Both the position numbers and the translations under genes were made by a program. From Verrucomicrobiota bacterium (GTDB lineage: Bacteria > Verrucomicrobiota > Verrucomicrobiia > Limisphaerales > SXTU01), in NCBI GenBank assembly GCA_039796295.1, contig JBDKJY010000011.1, positions 93,157 through 157,156 on the forward strand: DNA of 64,000 bases, read 5' to 3'. Position 1 is the stretch's first letter. Every line of letters starts with the position of its first letter. This document shows positions 34,203-42,787 of this stretch, piece by piece. The notes beneath the pieces were generated by a model that was not told the DNA's origin, ran no database searches, and saw only the letters and a program-made list of their open reading frames with translations.

Positions 34203-35518
34203 CGGTCACATTCTCCCATCACAAAATCAATCGAGCCGAGGATGCTCACCGCATCGCTCATCATGTGGCCAGGCAACACGTGCGGCAGGATGCTCAGGTT
34301 GCAGAAGGATGGCGCGCGAATCTTCAGCCGATACGGCGTGCCGCCGCCGCGCGAGTTGATGTAGAAGCCCAGCTCCCCCTTCGGGTTTTCGGCACCGAAA
34401 TAGATTTCGCCGGGCGGTGCGTTCACGCCCTGCGTCACCAGCATGAACTGATGAATCAGCTCCTCCATGCTCGTAAGCACCTTGTCCTTCGCGGGCAAAA
34501 CGATTTTGCCGTCGGGGACGTTGATGGGTTCCTTCGCGTCGTTGTCGTCGCCGCCGGGCAACTTGGCGAGGCACTGGCGGATGAGGCGCACGCTCTGGCG
34601 CATCTCTTCCATGCGGACGAGGTAGCGGTCGTAACTGTCGCCGACAGAGCCAACGGGCACCTCGAAATCCAGCTCGCCATAGACGAGATACGGATGCGCC
34701 TTGCGCACGTCGTAATCCACGCCGCTGCCGCGCAGGTTCGGACCGGTGAGGCCGTAATCAATCGCGTCCGCGCGCGAGATGATGCCGACGTTCCGCGTGC
34801 GGTCCACGAAGATGCGGTTGCGCGTGAGGAGCGTCTCGGACTCGGCGAAGTTCACTTCCACTTCGTCACAGAACTTGCGGAGCGACTCCGCCCAGCCCGG
34901 TGGCAAGTCCCGCGAAAGTCCGCCGATGCGCGTGTAGCTCGTCGTGAACCGCGCGCCGGTCAGCCTTTCGATGAGTGAGTAAATCTTCTCGCGCTCCGTG
35001 AACGTGTGCAGGAAGACCGTGAGCGCGCCGATATCCATCGCGAACGCGCCGAGGCCGAGCAAGTGCGCCGAGATGCGCGCCATCTCGCAGCAGATGACGC
35101 GGATGTATTGGCAGCGCGGGGGGAGCTGCTTCTCGATGCCGAGGAGCTTTTCGACCGCCAGTGCGTAGGCGACGTTGTTCGCCAGCGGCGCGAGGTAATC
35201 CAGCCGGTCCGTGTAAGGGATGAACTGGGTGTAGGTCATGTTCTCGGCGATTTTCTCGTCGCCCCGATGCAGATAACCCACGTCTGGCGTGGCCTTCGTG
35301 ATGATTTCGCCGTCCAGCTCCAGGATGATGCGCAAAACGCCGTGCGTGGAGGGATGCGACGGCCCCATGTTGAGAATCATCTTCTCGCCTTGCAGCTCGC
35401 CGTCGTCGCCGTCGGTGGACGGAACGGACGCGGGCACGACCTCCGGCATGAGCGACTTGGCTCCTGCCGCCACGCGGGAGGCGGGGTCGCGGAATTCGAT
35501 GGTTTGGGCGGTGGCCAT
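34199..35518 (-). CDS. nuoD: NADH-quinone oxidoreductase subunit D
   Basis: NMGPSHPSTHGVLR. C-terminal DFVMGECDR. Confidence 0.9.
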   Translation of the reverse strand: MATAQTIEFRDPASRVAAGAKSLMPEVVPASVPSTDGDDGELQGEKMILNMGPSHPSTHGVLRIILELDGEIITKATPDVGYLHRGDEKIAENMTYTQFIPYTDRLDYLAPLANNVAYALAVEKLLGIEKQLPPRCQYIRVICCEMARISAHLLGLGAFAMDIGALTVFLHTFTEREKIYSLIERLTGARFTTSYTRIGGLSRDLPPGWAESLRKFCDEVEVNFAESETLLTRNRIFVDRTRNVGIISRADAIDYGLTGPNLRGSGVDYDVRKAHPYLVYGELDFEVPVGSVGDSYDRYLVRMEEMRQSVRLIRQCLAKLPGGDDNDAKEPINVPDGKIVLPAKDKVLTSMEELIHQFMLVTQGVNAPPGEIYFGAENPKGELGFYINSRGGGTPYRLKIRAPSFCNLSILPHVLPGHMMSDAVSILGSIDFVMGECDR

Positions 35519-35522
35519 GAAA

Positions 35523-36101
35523 TCAGTTCTCCGGCACGCGCACGCGTGGCTCGCGAGCGATACTGTCCTTGCCGCCGGCGACCGTGACGAACGGCCCTCC
35601 TTCCAGCGGCGCGGACTTGGTGAACGCCACGTCCGGCAAGTCCGTCGGCTTGCCCGCGAGCGGGAAATCCTTCCGCAGTGGAAAATACGGATAGCCGTCC
35701 CACATCAGGATGCGGCGCAGGTCGGGATGGCCACGGAAACGGACGCCCATCATGTCGTAAATCTCCCGCTCGTGCCAATCAGCTCCACGCCAGACACCGG
35801 TGACCGTGGGTAGCTCGGACTTCTCCTCGCTGACCTCGGTTTTGATGCGCAGGTGGCAGCCGTGGCCGGTGCCGTAAAGCTCGTAAACCAACGTCCAGCG
35901 CGGGTCTTCGCCGTAGTTATCAATGCTCGTGAGGTCCAGCAGCATGTCGTAGCTCAGAGACTTCTTCGCAAACTCGCAGACCTCCGCGATGCGCTCGGCG
36001 TTGGCCAGCTTCAGCGTGACTTCACCGCGAAACTCGGCGGGCGCGGACAGCACGTCGCCGAACTTGGCTTGCAACTGGTTGGCGAGTTCGGCGGAGGCCA
36101 C
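35523..36101 (-). CDS. nuoC: NADH-quinone oxidoreductase subunit C
   Basis: GADWHEREIYDMMGVRFRGHPD. GTG start at 36101. Confidence 0.85.
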   Translation of the reverse strand: MASAELANQLQAKFGDVLSAPAEFRGEVTLKLANAERIAEVCEFAKKSLSYDMLLDLTSIDNYGEDPRWTLVYELYGTGHGCHLRIKTEVSEEKSELPTVTGVWRGADWHEREIYDMMGVRFRGHPDLRRILMWDGYPYFPLRKDFPLAGKPTDLPDVAFTKSAPLEGGPFVTVAGGKDSIAREPRVRVPEN

Positions 36102-36134
36102 GGGGAAGTTGAGAGTTTGAAGTTGAGAGGCGGT

Positions 36135-36629
36135 TCAGGCGGCGAGCACCGGCTCCTTCTGAATCTTATTTTGCAGCTTGATGAGCGCGTCGAGGAGCGC
36201 CTCGGGCCGCGGCGGGCAACCGGCCACATACACGTCCACCGGGATGATCTGGTCCACGCCCTGGAGCACCGCGTAGCTGCGATACATGCCGCCGGTCGAG
36301 GCGCACGCGCCCATCGCGATGACCCATTTCGGCTCGGGCATCTGGTCGTAAATACGGCGGACGGCCAGCGCCATTTTGTAAGTCACTGTGCCCGCGACGA
36401 TCATCACGTCCGACTGCCGGGGCGAGAAGCGCATAACCTCCGAACCGAACCGCGAGATGTCGAACTTGCTCGCCCCCGCCGCCATCAGCTCGATGGCGCA
36501 GCAGGCCAGCCCCATCGGCATCGGCCACAGCGACTGCTTGCGGCACCAGTTTATCGCCGCATCCACGCGTGTGACCACGACATCACCTTCAATCTTCGAG
36601 TTGTAGCCTAGTTCAGTGCTGGTCGGCAT
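36135..36629 (-). CDS. nuoB: NADH-quinone oxidoreductase subunit B
   Basis: ATG 36629 (MPTSTELGY). [24 protein letters not shown]. Confidence 0.85.
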   Translation of the reverse strand: MPTSTELGYNSKIEGDVVVTRVDAAINWCRKQSLWPMPMGLACCAIELMAAGASKFDISRFGSEVMRFSPRQSDVMIVAGTVTYKMALAVRRIYDQMPEPKWVIAMGACASTGGMYRSYAVLQGVDQIIPVDVYVAGCPPRPEALLDALIKLQNKIQKEPVLAA

Positions 36630-36698
36630 GGTGGAAGCGTGCGGAAATTGTCCGCCCACGCGGCAAGTAAAGCACCGCAAAAGAGAGCGGCAAGCGTT

Positions 36699-36716
36699 TT
36701 GTGATTTATTTCACAA
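36699..36716. promoter_or_regulatory. CRP/FNR-family operator-like palindrome upstream of the nuo operon
   Basis: TTGTGA-TTTATT-TCACAA, a perfect TGTGA-N6-TCACA inverted repeat centred about 78 nt upstream of the nuoB ATG, in an AT-rich patch. Confidence 0.5.
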
Positions 36717-36910
36717 GCGCAGCAAGCAGAGCACCGCTTCTTGATGGTGCCCCGGGTCTGCGACCCGGCTGCGCACTGAACCGGCCCGGGGCGTGCGAGC
36801 TGGCTGGCGCTCCTCGACCGGACCGGGGAGCCAAGCCCCCCAACGGGCACCCGCCGCATCGAGACCGGGCGATCACTGAGCTTCAACCCCCGCCCGAACC
36901 TCCCGCAGCG

Positions 36911-39550
36911 CTATTCGAGGCTCGGAAGCTTCGCCGTCGCCTTGCCGGCGGAGATTTGCCCCTTCGAGTCCGAGAGCACGTCCAGCTCGTGGATGCTCCA
37001 GAAGGTGCTCGGGGTCTTGCCGGTCTGCGTGATGCGGATGAACTGCGTCTTCGTGGTCGGGAACTTGATTTCAGTCACCCCGGCCTTGCCCTCGCCGGTC
37101 GCGACGGGCTTGCTCCACTCGATGGCGTCGGCGGACAGCTCGACCTTGTAGCCGCGCGGGTAGTCACCGGCGGAAACGCTGTTGTCGAGGCGCAGGCCGG
37201 TGATGGGGGTCGCGGCGGGGAGCTCGATTTGCACCCACATGCCGGCCTCCTGCGGTTTGCGCGTGTCGTAGCGCGTGTCGGCCTTGCCGTCCACGGCGTT
37301 GGCGAGGGCGATGGGGTTGTGGCTGGCGGTGAGCTTCCAAGCTGCGCGGTTGGCGAGCGGCGCGTTCGGCAACGCGGCGGTGAGTTCCTCGACGGTCCAA
37401 GGCTGCGTGCGAATCTTCGACTCGGCGCGGAGGGCGGCGACTTCCTTCACGCTCACCATGCCAGCTTTGTTGCCGAAACTGTTGCGCACGTAGCTGGCGA
37501 CGCTGGCAATCCACTCGTCGTTGTTGCTCTCCATGGGAACCATGAGCGCCTCGTAGGTTTTGCCGTTGATGGGACCGGCGAGGCCCTTGAGCAGGACGTG
37601 GATGATGGCCTCGCGCTGGCCGGCGACGCGCGGTGAGCCGGAGAGCGGCGGGGCGAGCGTGGTGCCGGGCTTCGCGCCCTCGAGCGTCATGCCGCGACCG
37701 TCGAAGCCGTGGCAGGCGAAGCACAGCTCTTGGTAGATGGCCTCGCCCTTGGTGAGCAGATTCTTGTCGGCGCCGGAGAATTCCTTTGGCCAAGAGGTCG
37801 GCGGCGCGAGCAAGCCCTTGCCCAGCGTCTTGATGACCGCAGGGGCGTTCGTGTTGAGGACGGCGGAGGTGAAGGTCTGGCGCGCGTTCGGGATGTTCAG
37901 CGCGCGCGCGGTGAGCAGGGCCTGCCAGGCGAGGTCGCCATCGGCGCTCTTGCCGAGCGTGGCGAAGTCCGCTTCCCAGGTTTTGTCGCCGGCTTTGTAA
38001 AGCGTCTCGGCGGTGCGCAACGCGGCGACGCGGACCTGCGGGTGCGTGTCCTTCAACTTCTCGCGAGCGAGCGTGGCATCCACTGCGCCAAGGCCATCGA
38101 GCGTCCAGAGCGCGTGCATGCGGGCGAGTGGGTTCGTGTGGGAGCGGGCCATGCTTTGCAGCGCGGGCACGACCGACTTGTCGGCGCGGACGATGAGCGT
38201 GCGTTGCGCGGTGTCGCGCCACCAACCGTTCGGATGCGCGAGGTGCGCGACGAGGTCGGCGGATTTCTCGGCGTCCATCTTGGGCTGCGGGCCGGGCTTG
38301 AAGTTGTCGTGGACCAAGCGCCAGATGCGGCCGCGGGCGATGTTCTTATCGAGGCCGTATTGCTGGATGACCTTGCGGAGATAGCTGCCTTCGCGGGTCC
38401 AGTTGCCCTCCTGAATAATGCCGCGATACATATCCACGAGATACAGCGTGCCGTCGGGGGCGGTGTTCATGTTCACCACGCGGAAGTTCGGGTCGGTGCT
38501 GCGGATGAACTCACCCTTCACGGACTCGTAGGGGTTGCTGAGGAGCGTGACGCCGTCTTTCACCTCGATCTTCGTGCGACGGATAAGCCGGCCCACGGGC
38601 TCGGAGAAGAAGAGGTCGCCGCGCATGTCAGCCGGCAGGCGGTCGCCGCGGAAGACTTCCGCGCCGCAGGTGGCGGTGAAGTGATTGAGCGTCTTCTCGA
38701 CCGGGCGGAAGCGGTTCGGACCTCCCTGCACGTCGGGAATCGGCACGTCGGGCCAGACGATGGCGTAGTCGTTGACGAACTGGTCCTTGGTGTTCAGGGC
38801 GGCGTAGTAGATGTGCGTCTGGAAGTTCAGCGGGCCGCGCTCGCCGCCGGCGTTTACATACCAAGGCTTGCCCCAGTCGTCCTGCGTGAGGCCCCACTGG
38901 CCGCCGTTGCCGGGAGTGGACTCCTTCAACGGTTCTTTGTCGTAGCCCTGCCAGCGGAGGCGCCACGAGTTGTAGGTCATGTAAAGCCAGTTGTCCGTGG
39001 CCCAGATGAGGCCGGACTGCTGGTGCTCCATGTTGCCGCCGCGCGGGCCGCCGGCATACCAGAGCTTCTTCTCGTCGGCCACGCCGTCGCCGTCCTTGTC
39101 GCGCCACAGATAGATGTCCTGCGTGTCGGTCTCGTTGATGAGCAGCTCGCCGGGGCCGAGCGGGAGAATCATGCGGGGGAGCAGGAGCTTGTCGGCGAAG
39201 ACGGTGTGCTTGTCGAACTTGCCATCGCCCTTGCTGGACCAGTGGAGCGAGACGCGGCTCTTGTTCACGATCTCGCCGCTGCCGTTGATGTCCTGCATGT
39301 AGGTGCGCATCTCGGCGACGAACATGCGGCCATTACCATCGAAGACGGCGACGACGGGTTCTTTGATGTCCGGCTCGGCGAGGACCAGCTCGAGCTTGTA
39401 GCCGGGCGGGAGCTGGAACTTCTTCAGTTGGTCGGCGGGCGAGAGCGCGGGCACATCGGGCTGCTTGGGGAATTCCTCGGGCTTGGCCTGCGCGAGGGTA
39501 GCGACGGCACCGGCGAGGAGGAACAGGGAGGACAGGCGGAGTCGGTTCAT
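36911..39550 (-). CDS. PVC-type heme-binding protein (membrane-bound-dehydrogenase-like domain, HEAT repeats, cytochrome c CxxCH, C-terminal discoidin/F5-8 type C)
   Basis: ATG 39550 with signal peptide MNRLRLSSLFLLAGAVATLAQA. FQLPPGYKLELVLAEPDI, CFACHG. C-terminal NAVDGKADTRYDT...FWSIHELDV. Confidence 0.8.
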   Translation of the reverse strand: MNRLRLSSLFLLAGAVATLAQAKPEEFPKQPDVPALSPADQLKKFQLPPGYKLELVLAEPDIKEPVVAVFDGNGRMFVAEMRTYMQDINGSGEIVNKSRVSLHWSSKGDGKFDKHTVFADKLLLPRMILPLGPGELLINETDTQDIYLWRDKDGDGVADEKKLWYAGGPRGGNMEHQQSGLIWATDNWLYMTYNSWRLRWQGYDKEPLKESTPGNGGQWGLTQDDWGKPWYVNAGGERGPLNFQTHIYYAALNTKDQFVNDYAIVWPDVPIPDVQGGPNRFRPVEKTLNHFTATCGAEVFRGDRLPADMRGDLFFSEPVGRLIRRTKIEVKDGVTLLSNPYESVKGEFIRSTDPNFRVVNMNTAPDGTLYLVDMYRGIIQEGNWTREGSYLRKVIQQYGLDKNIARGRIWRLVHDNFKPGPQPKMDAEKSADLVAHLAHPNGWWRDTAQRTLIVRADKSVVPALQSMARSHTNPLARMHALWTLDGLGAVDATLAREKLKDTHPQVRVAALRTAETLYKAGDKTWEADFATLGKSADGDLAWQALLTARALNIPNARQTFTSAVLNTNAPAVIKTLGKGLLAPPTSWPKEFSGADKNLLTKGEAIYQELCFACHGFDGRGMTLEGAKPGTTLAPPLSGSPRVAGQREAIIHVLLKGLAGPINGKTYEALMVPMESNNDEWIASVASYVRNSFGNKAGMVSVKEVAALRAESKIRTQPWTVEELTAALPNAPLANRAAWKLTASHNPIALANAVDGKADTRYDTRKPQEAGMWVQIELPAATPITGLRLDNSVSAGDYPRGYKVELSADAIEWSKPVATGEGKAGVTEIKFPTTKTQFIRITQTGKTPSTFWSIHELDVLSDSKGQISAGKATAKLPSLE

Positions 39551-39610
39551 AAATTCAGGCAAGCGTTGACGTGACGGGGGAAGCGGTATTCGGAGGCGAG
39601 CCTGCGCGCA

Positions 39611-39787
39611 TCAGTCTTGCAGCTTTCGCAGAATGCTGCGGGCGAGGAACTCCTTGATTTCGCGGTGGCGCGGCACGGGCTGACAGACTTTTGTCGTGGG
39701 GTTTTGATACCAGTCGTGTTTCCCGCCGTGCCGGATGAACACGGCGCCCTGTTCCTCAATCTTGCGGATGAGATCGAGCCGCTTCAT
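39611..39787 (-). CDS. hicA: HicA-family mRNA-interferase toxin (58 aa, absent from the ORF track)
   Basis: Hand translation: MKRLDLIRKIEEQGAVFIRHGGKHDWYQNPTTKVCQPVPRHREIKEFLARSILRKLQD. Its ATG overlaps the hicB TGA (ATGA). Confidence 0.75.
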   Translation of the reverse strand: MKRLDLIRKIEEQGAVFIRHGGKHDWYQNPTTKVCQPVPRHREIKEFLARSILRKLQD

Positions 39788-39993
39788 GCCACGGCCAGCT
39801 CTGCCCGTCGCCGCGCTTGGGGAATCTTACCGCCGGTCACGTCCTCGTAAATGTCCCGCAGATGAGCCTCCAAGTCGGCCAGCGATTCGCCCTGGGTCAC
39901 GTAGTCGGGTAGCTCCTCCAGATAGCCGAGCCACATTTCGCCGTCCTGCCAGTAGACGTATCCGGTTTGCTTCATGGCGTTAGTTAAGCCCAT
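39784..39993 (-). CDS. hicB: HicB-like (UPF0150) antitoxin, short form
   Basis: YVYWQDGEMWLGYLEELPDYVTQGESLADLEAHLRDIYE fits the HicB N-terminal fold pattern. Alternative ATG at 39975. No obvious C-terminal DNA-binding domain. Confidence 0.65.
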   Translation of the reverse strand: MGLTNAMKQTGYVYWQDGEMWLGYLEELPDYVTQGESLADLEAHLRDIYEDVTGGKIPQARRRAELAVA

Positions 39994-40028
39994 CGCTGCG
40001 CCGCCAGCAAGACGGGCGAAGCGGCTCG

Positions 40029-40889
40029 TTAAAACTTCACCTGCCCCAAAAACTTCAGCGTCTGCGGCACCTGCTCCACCACGGTCGGGGACTCGTCCTC
40101 GATGAAGTAGTATTTCACGCCGCTTTCCTTCGCGGCCTTGAGGATGGCGGGCCAGTTCATCTGGCCGGTGCCCAGCGGCACGTCGTTGGCCACGTCGGTC
40201 TTGCCGGTGAGTTCGCCGGTGGCCACGCCTTTCTTGAGGTCTTTGAGGTGCATCAACTCCCAGCGGCCCGGATATTTCTTAAGCCACTGCACCGGGTCCT
40301 GGCCGGGGAAAACCACCCAAAGCACGTCCATCTCGAAGCTCACGTGCTTCGGGTTGGTCTCCTTCATCAGCAAGTCCATGAGCGTGCCGTCGCCATGCGG
40401 GTGAAACTCGAAGCCGTGCGCGTGGTAGAAGACCTTGATGCCCAGCTTCGCGCCCAGTTCGCCCGCCTTGTTGAAGACGGCGATGGCGTCGCGCGCGGCG
40501 ACTTCGCTGAATGGGGCCTTGTGCGTAATCCACGCGCAACCCGCGTATTGCAGGCCGATGGCTTGGGCCTCAGCGAGGACTTTCTCCGGTTCGCTCTTCC
40601 AGCGGTCGTAGGGGAAATGGCCGCTGATCGGCTTCAAGCCGTGCTCGGCCAGGAGCGCCTTGAACTTCTCCGGCGGCAAATTGTAAGTGCCGGCGGTCTC
40701 GACCAGCGTGAGCCCGAAGTCCTTGGTCTGGGCGAGGGCCTTGGGCGGGTTCTGCGTGGCGATGCCGCGCAAGCTGTAGAGCTGGAGACCCACGGGGCCT
40801 TTGAAGCTCGCGCCCGTGCCGGTGTCCGCGGCGGTGGCGGTGAGGCTGAGGAGCGCGACGAGGGCGAGGGCACGAAGGACGTATTGCAT
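40029..40889 (-). CDS. Secreted sugar-phosphate isomerase/epimerase (xylose-isomerase-like TIM barrel)
   Basis: ATG 40889 with signal peptide MQYVLRALALVALLSLTATA. FYHAHGFEFHP, LKDLKKG, VKYYFIEDE. Confidence 0.7.
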   Translation of the reverse strand: MQYVLRALALVALLSLTATAADTGTGASFKGPVGLQLYSLRGIATQNPPKALAQTKDFGLTLVETAGTYNLPPEKFKALLAEHGLKPISGHFPYDRWKSEPEKVLAEAQAIGLQYAGCAWITHKAPFSEVAARDAIAVFNKAGELGAKLGIKVFYHAHGFEFHPHGDGTLMDLLMKETNPKHVSFEMDVLWVVFPGQDPVQWLKKYPGRWELMHLKDLKKGVATGELTGKTDVANDVPLGTGQMNWPAILKAAKESGVKYYFIEDESPTVVEQVPQTLKFLGQVKF

Positions 40890-41010
40890 GCGCCTCGTAT
40901 AGCGGGCGGCGCGGCGGAGGGGAAGGCGGTTTCTATCCGCAACCTCCCGAGGTCTCACGCGAAGGGCGCGAAGGGCGCAACGCCGAATTGATTTCCGGGC
41001 GGGCTAAGGA

Positions 41011-41106
<96 letters not shown>

Positions 41107-41191
41107 CCCTTAACTGCGGTTTCCAAGTTCACACCGAACGCCGCCGACAGCATCGGTATCACCCAGGGCGCTGACCTCCGGAACGACCGAA

Positions 41192-41401
41192 CCGTGCTCG
41201 GGACCGGCGCGACCGCTCCCGGGTCTGGTGCCGCCGGACCTTTGCCTGACGCCGCCGGACCTGTGTCTGGCCCGGCTAGACCCGGGTCTGACGCCGTCAG
41301 ACCTGAGTCTGACGCGGCCAGACAAGAGTCTGGCGCGGCCAGACCCGGGTCCAGCCCGGCCAGACAAGAGTCTGGCGGCTCCAAACCTGGGGTCGCCACC
41401 G
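41192..41401. repeat. Tandem array of about 9-10 units of 21 bp, each a short palindrome (CCAGAC-N4-GTCTGG-like)
   Basis: Units start at 41234, 41255, 41276, 41297, 41318, 41339, 41360 and 41381, with degenerate units from 41192. Examples: CCAGACAAGAGTCTGGCGCGG and TCAGACCTGAGTCTGACGCGG. Long ORFs run through the array in several frames on both strands. Confidence 0.85.
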
Positions 41402-41477
41402 GAAAAACCCTTGCCCTACCATTAGCAGTGTGTTACCCACCCTCCTGCATCTATTTGCAGTGTAGTGGTTCCGTTTT

Positions 41478-41963
41478 ATGCGTTGCACCAAGTGCGGTTG
41501 TCTCGACGATAAAGTCATTGATTCCCGGGGTTCACGGGAAGGCTCCACCATCCGCCGCCGCCGCGAGTGCCTCAAGTGCGCCCACCGCTTCACCACCTAC
41601 GAGGAGATCGAGCACGCTGGCCTCATGGTCGTGAAGCGCGATGACCGCCGCGAGGAGTTCAACAAGGAGAAATTGCTCGCCAGCCTCAAAGCCGCCTGTG
41701 CCAAACGTCCCGTCCCCGCCGCCGAGATGGAGGCGTTGGCCGAACACATTACCGACCGCGTCACCGACGAGTTCGACGCCGAAGTGCCCAGCAAGGTGCT
41801 CGGCGAGCTGGTCATGGCCCGCCTGCGCGAGCTCGACAAGGTCGCCTACGTTCGTTACGCGAGCATCTACCGGCGCTTCGAGGAGGCGGAGGACTTCCTC
41901 GATGCGCTCAAACGACTGGAGGCCAAAAGTGATACAGCTACATTCCCACTGCCTGGTATTTGA
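41478..41963 (+). CDS. nrdR: Transcriptional repressor NrdR
   Basis: MRCTKCGCLDDKVIDSR...RRRECLKCAHRFTTYE zinc ribbon plus ATP-cone. Confidence 0.9.
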   Translation: MRCTKCGCLDDKVIDSRGSREGSTIRRRRECLKCAHRFTTYEEIEHAGLMVVKRDDRREEFNKEKLLASLKAACAKRPVPAAEMEALAEHITDRVTDEFDAEVPSKVLGELVMARLRELDKVAYVRYASIYRRFEEAEDFLDALKRLEAKSDTATFPLPGI

Positions 41964-42492
41964 GACCGCCAACGGCGAGCACATCCCCTGTGCCGTCGAG
42001 GACGTGAGCGTCGAGATCATCGGCGCGGCCGTGGACCAGCTCGACCACGAGGTGGTGAAGCAAGCCGCCGCCGCCGTCCTGCACTACTTCAAGGTCGAGC
42101 GGAAACAAACCATCGTCACCATCGCGGAGTTCACCGCCGCGCTCGAGGAAGTCCTGCGCGGCCTCGGCCTCGCCATGACCGAGGCGGACCCCAAGCCCGC
42201 CCCCGAGCTGACCGGCACCGTAGCCGAGACCAGTCTGGACCTGCTCGCGGAGGAAACCGGCGATGGCGGGGAACTGCTCTTCTTCCCGCGCCTGCGGGAG
42301 GAGATGCGCCAGCAACTCAGCCAATCCCCGCGCCTCCTACGCTGTATCGGCCTGCACGACTGCGTGAAGCGCCTCGTCGGCGCGCGCCGCTGGTGCGACC
42401 GCTGCCGCGCGATGAGCGACCAGATCGTGGCCTACCTCCGCCAGTGCCTGGACGAGAACCACCGCGCCGATTGCTCGCTGGTGGTGAGTTAG
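41929..42492 (+). CDS. Hypothetical protein overlapping the nrdR 3' end
   Basis: Open frame with GTG 41929 (alternative ATG 41902). Acidic middle and Cys-rich tail (CIGLHDC..WCDRC). No family recognised. Confidence 0.45.
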   Translation: MIQLHSHCLVFETANGEHIPCAVEDVSVEIIGAAVDQLDHEVVKQAAAAVLHYFKVERKQTIVTIAEFTAALEEVLRGLGLAMTEADPKPAPELTGTVAETSLDLLAEETGDGGELLFFPRLREEMRQQLSQSPRLLRCIGLHDCVKRLVGARRWCDRCRAMSDQIVAYLRQCLDENHRADCSLVVS

Positions 42493-42512
42493 GCGCGATG
42501 CGGGTGGGCGGG

Positions 42513-42721
42513 TGCTGGATGCTGGATGAGTCAGTCGCAGTATGTCACCGCTTCTAATACCAATTCCCAAAGCCAATCGGTGCCGTGCCGTCCTTTGGGC
42601 GCTTTCCACCTCACCCCGGCCCTCTCCCCCAGCGGAGAGGGACAAAGTCAGCCAGCGCTCGAAGTCACGACCGCGTTCAGCAGCTCGAACGCGGATCTCG
42701 TCGCTCATCCAGCATCCAGCA
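42513..42721. mobile_element. MITE-like intergenic element with 18-bp perfect terminal inverted repeats
   Basis: TGCTGGATGCTGGATGAG (42513-42530) versus 42704-42721. The arms are themselves (GCTGGAT)2. Internal hairpin CCCTCTCC-N6-GGAGAGGG (42620-42641). A 20-nt core 42609-42628 is shared with 3789-3808. Confidence 0.7.
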
Positions 42722-42787
42722 TCGCGGCGCGGCCTGCGGGAAGTGGGTTGCGCGTGAGCGCTTCGCCCCCATGATTCGCCGAGTTGC

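Noticed and set aside
33595-34209. 204-aa minus ORF spanning the tRNA and nuoE
   Set aside because: It is out of frame with nuoE (which has the 2Fe-2S motifs). It covers the tRNA gene only as an antisense read-through.
36608-36886. 92-aa minus ORF as a candidate nuoA
   Set aside because: It is Arg/Ser/Cys/Pro-rich, not a three-helix hydrophobic protein, and has no NuoA-like motif.
37709-39574. 621-aa plus ORF
   Set aside because: It is antisense to the PVC heme-binding protein, which carries a signal peptide, CxxCH and a discoidin domain.
41192-41401. 21-bp array as a CRISPR locus
   Set aside because: The repeats are contiguous with no unique spacers, the unit is too short and degenerate, and there are no cas genes.
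41192-41401. 21-bp array as NrdR boxes or as a coding heptad-repeat protein (ORFs 41094..41399 -, 41194..41634 +, 41228..41425 +)
   Set aside because: The dyad CCAGAC-N4-GTCTGG does not resemble the AT-rich NrdR box I know. Long ORFs run through the array in several frames on both strands, and the long plus ORF runs into nrdR out of frame, all of which argues against coding.
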